IMG/VR virus record: IMGVR_UViG_3300037808_000674
Location: 1 to 36,615 of that record
Strand: one strand, 5' to 3'
DNA length: 36,615 nucleotides
Origin: a virus
Taxonomy: Duplodnaviria > Caudoviricetes
The position numbers were made by a program, and so were the translations under genes. The notes beneath the pieces were generated by a model. The model had not been told where the DNA came from. It made no database searches and saw only the letters and a program-made list of their open reading frames with translations. Shown here piece by piece: positions 34,208 to 36,615 of the stretch; position 1 is the stretch's first letter, and each line of letters begins with the position of its first letter.

Positions 34208-34290
34208 TGCTTACAGCAACCGGCGAGTTCGCTGCCGCACTTCTAGTTTTCTGCGTGGGTCTTTTGACTTGCGCGTTTTGGCCACTCTGA
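34207..34290 (+). CDS. 27-aa hydrophobic membrane peptide (below the ORF-track cutoff)
   Basis: MLTATGEFAAALLVFCVGLLTCAFWPL; TGATG coupling; ends just before the SD of the next gene. Confidence 0.55.
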   Translation: MLTATGEFAAALLVFCVGLLTCAFWPL

Positions 34291-34301
34291 AGGAGAACTG
34301 A

Positions 34302-34652
34302 ATGTCTGAATTGACACGCATCGACGGCACGATAAACCACATCGGCGAAACTCAGGAGGTCGGCGCAAAGGGTTTCAAGAAACGGGAACTCTGGCTCTGC
34401 CTCGACGCGGAGGCTGAGCGCCCCCAGTTCATCTGCTTGGAGGCAACTTTCGAGATGGTCGACGTTCTCGATGGCTTCTCGGTCGGTGATGCAGTGGTGG
34501 CCCACTACACGCTGGGCGGCCGGATCTGGGACGGTGGTGCTGCGCCGCGTTGCTTCAACTCGCTCTCACTGAAAAAGCTCCAGACCCTCGCGGATCGCGA
34601 TGAGTTCGCTGCCGAGTCCGCGAGTGAAGACAACAACGATATGCCCTTCTAG
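34302..34652 (+). CDS. DUF3127-like single-stranded DNA-binding protein (OB-fold)
   Basis: GETQEVGAKGFKKREL...PQFI...GDAV...LGGRIW...FNSL; acidic tail ending DNNDMPF. Confidence 0.8.
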   Translation: MSELTRIDGTINHIGETQEVGAKGFKKRELWLCLDAEAERPQFICLEATFEMVDVLDGFSVGDAVVAHYTLGGRIWDGGAAPRCFNSLSLKKLQTLADRDEFAAESASEDNNDMPF

Positions 34653-34660
34653 GAGGCGAC

Positions 34661-35383
34661 ATGGCTGCCAAGAAAACAGACAAGACTCTCGATCCTCTGC
34701 GGCTCTGGTCGCAGGTGGAAACCACTGACCCGGCCCACACTCGCCACGTGAACCAGCGCGGCGGCTTCACGGCTATCGACGCGCAGTGGCAAGTCCTTCA
34801 GGCCACGCAAGCATTCGGTGGGCCGATGGGCGTGGGTTGGGGGTTCGACTGGACTCGCGAGGAGGGGCCTGCTGACCTCTTCATCATCCGGGGGAGGCTC
34901 TGGTTCACAGATCCTGCGACGGGGGTGGAGGGCGCAGTGGAGCAATACGGTGCCGCGTCATTCGGCCAGCGTGTGGATGCTGACGCGCCAAAGAAGGCGG
35001 TCACCGATGCATTCACCAAGTGCCTCAGTTTGCTGGGCTTCAGCGCGGACGTTTTCCTGGGCCGCTTCGATGACTCCAAGTATGTCGCGGAGCAAAACGA
35101 GAAGCACGGCAACGGCAAGCCGCCCCAACCTCCGGCCCCCAAGAAAGCCGCAGCCAAGCCCAACGGCAAGCTGACGAAAGAGGAACGCTCTCGGGTTTCC
35201 GCTGCCGCGATAGACCGGGCCATTGAACTCAAACTCAAGCCTTCGGAGGCGGCGACGATAGGCAGGGATTCGGTTAAAGCGATGGGCTTCGACCAGAGTT
35301 CTGAGATCCCGAGCGACAAGCTCAGTGTGCTGCTCAACGGAATCAAAAGCTGGAAGGCCGACAAGACCGAGGTGCCGTTCTAA
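34661..35383 (+). CDS. Rad52/Sak-like single-strand annealing protein
   Basis: TAIDAQWQ...FGGPMGVGWG...APKKAVTDAFTKCLSLLGFSADVFLG; lies between SSB and Gp157. Confidence 0.7.
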   Translation: MAAKKTDKTLDPLRLWSQVETTDPAHTRHVNQRGGFTAIDAQWQVLQATQAFGGPMGVGWGFDWTREEGPADLFIIRGRLWFTDPATGVEGAVEQYGAASFGQRVDADAPKKAVTDAFTKCLSLLGFSADVFLGRFDDSKYVAEQNEKHGNGKPPQPPAPKKAAAKPNGKLTKEERSRVSAAAIDRAIELKLKPSEAATIGRDSVKAMGFDQSSEIPSDKLSVLLNGIKSWKADKTEVPF

Positions 35384-35868
35384 TGAGACTATTTGAAATC
35401 GTAGATGGCGTGCAGAATCTGCTGGAGCTTTCGGTGGACCGGGAGACGGGCGAGATCAGCGAGGAGGGTCTGGCTGCACTCGACGAACTGGAACTCACCC
35501 TAGACGAAAAGCTGACCAACACGGCTCTGTACCTCAAAGGGGTCGAGGCAGAGCGGGATGCGGTTGCCAAGGCCGCAAAGGAGTTGTCGGCCAGGGCTGC
35601 CATCCACGGCAAGCAAGCCGACAGGCTACGAAAGTACCTCGCCGACAACATGGAGCGGGCAGGGCACGAGGGTCTGAGCGACCCCAGGGTGAAACTGGGC
35701 TGGCGCTCCTCAACTGCGGTGGTGGTCGATGCCGGTGCCTCGCTGCCCGTCGAGTTGCTCTGCGTCAAGACCACGCCGGACAAGAAAGCTATTGGCGAAC
35801 TGCTGAAGAGTGGCACCGAGGTCGAGGGGTGCCGCCTCGAAACCCGCAAGAACCTACAGGTGAAGTGA
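35383..35868 (+). CDS. Siphovirus Gp157-family protein
   Basis: MRLFEI...ETGEI...LDEKLTN...LRKYL...PDKKAIGELLKSGTEVEGCRLETRKNLQVK. Confidence 0.85.
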   Translation: MRLFEIVDGVQNLLELSVDRETGEISEEGLAALDELELTLDEKLTNTALYLKGVEAERDAVAKAAKELSARAAIHGKQADRLRKYLADNMERAGHEGLSDPRVKLGWRSSTAVVVDAGASLPVELLCVKTTPDKKAIGELLKSGTEVEGCRLETRKNLQVK

Positions 35869-36311
35869 TGGAGCAGAGGGACGAAATCATGGCGGCAGCG
35901 TATCGTGAGTACCTCAACGCGCTCCATTCCGGGCTCATTGTGAGGGCGAAGTTTTGCTCTGCCTGCGGCGTTCCGAGTGGCGAACTGCATGGCCACCACC
36001 GGGACTACTCGCAGCCGCTCGTTGTCGAATGGCTCTGCGCCCCGTGTCATGGACGGGCCGGTGCCGCAGTCCCCGGCGGAAACAAGAAGATAAGTCTGTA
36101 CTTGGACCAGGCCCTGGTCGAGCAGGCGCGGGGTGCCGTGGCGTGGGCGCAGATGCGGGGCGAGGAGCCCGAGTCGATTTCGGCGATGATGAACGCCGCC
36201 CTGGCCGCTGAACTGGAGCGGCTGAAGGACGTTCTGAAGCCCGATGGCGGGCGGTTCCCCAGGCTTGGGAGCGCCCGCAAAGGTCGGCCACCGAACAGGC
36301 GGGTGAAGTAA
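35868..36311 (+). CDS. HNH-like Zn domain fused to a ribbon-helix-helix DNA-binding domain
   Basis: CSAC...HHRDYSQPLVVEWLCAPCH; then KISLYLDQALVEQAR...SISAMMNAALAAELERL...FP...GRP. ATG 35868 overlaps the upstream TGA. Confidence 0.65.
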   Translation: MEQRDEIMAAAYREYLNALHSGLIVRAKFCSACGVPSGELHGHHRDYSQPLVVEWLCAPCHGRAGAAVPGGNKKISLYLDQALVEQARGAVAWAQMRGEEPESISAMMNAALAAELERLKDVLKPDGGRFPRLGSARKGRPPNRRVK

Positions 36312-36584
36312 TTGGAACAGCTTGAACTCTCCACCAGCGCCGAAGCTTTCGCGACCCTCAAGGACAGCGGGAAGTTGGGGCGACTCCACCGGGCCGTCCT
36401 CAAGGGCCTGGGACAGGCCAAGAGGCCAGTCACTGGTCGCGAGTTGGGCCAGCACCTCGGCATGGAGGCGTGGCGGCGGTTGCCGGAGTTGGAGCGGCGG
36501 GGGTTCGTGGAGCGCGACACCAACACGCGGAAGTGCAGCGTGACCGGGAAGAGGGCGACGGCCTGGCGTCTGAGCGTCCGCTGA
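36312..36584 (+). CDS. Winged-helix DNA-binding protein (3' part duplicated at 1..175)
   Basis: TGRELG...WRRLPELERRGFV...RKCSVTGKRATAW. Confidence 0.7.
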   Translation: MEQLELSTSAEAFATLKDSGKLGRLHRAVLKGLGQAKRPVTGRELGQHLGMEAWRRLPELERRGFVERDTNTRKCSVTGKRATAWRLSVR

Positions 36585-36615
36585 CGGGGCTTTATCCTGC
36601 CGGGTGGACTGGGGG
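36410..36615. repeat. Terminal direct repeat, right copy
   Basis: Matches 1..206 with 3 substitutions. Confidence 0.95.

Noticed and set aside
35343-36455. 370-aa minus-strand ORF
   Set aside because: Antisense to three coupled plus-strand genes with recognisable domains; low-complexity translation.

Overview
The window looks like a complete ~36.4-kb GC-rich tailed-phage genome. A 206-bp terminal direct repeat (1..206 = 36410..36615, 3 mismatches) closes the circle inside a winged-helix gene. The virion is podovirus-like, of T7/BPP-1 structural type. The long minus-strand arm runs from a Cro-like HTH, a replication initiator with internal iterons, a ParB-like/MT-A70 methyltransferase, a PD-(D/E)xK-like protein, RusA-like and DUF3310 genes to TerS/TerL, portal, scaffold and major capsid. 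It continues through tail tubular A/B, three internal (ejected) proteins, three receptor-binding proteins and an endolysin/holin/spanin block (implying a diderm host), and ends in a metallophosphoesterase/SprT-like cassette. A short plus-strand early arm carries Zn-finger proteins, a DUF3127-like SSB, a Rad52-like annealase, Gp157, an HNH-like/RHH fusion and a wHTH. I see no integrase, CI repressor, DNA or RNA polymerase, or reverse transcriptase. Three observations stand out. (1) Inside the 2063-aa ejection protein, three ADP-ribosyltransferase-fold modules and a SAP-like module are each bounded by in-frame DNA direct repeats, suggesting a swappable effector-cassette array. (2) An 18/19-bp direct repeat brackets one entire tailspike gene. 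(3) A three-fold repeated bulged-hairpin RNA motif lies in the major capsid leader. All family calls come from motif recognition by eye, not from database searches.
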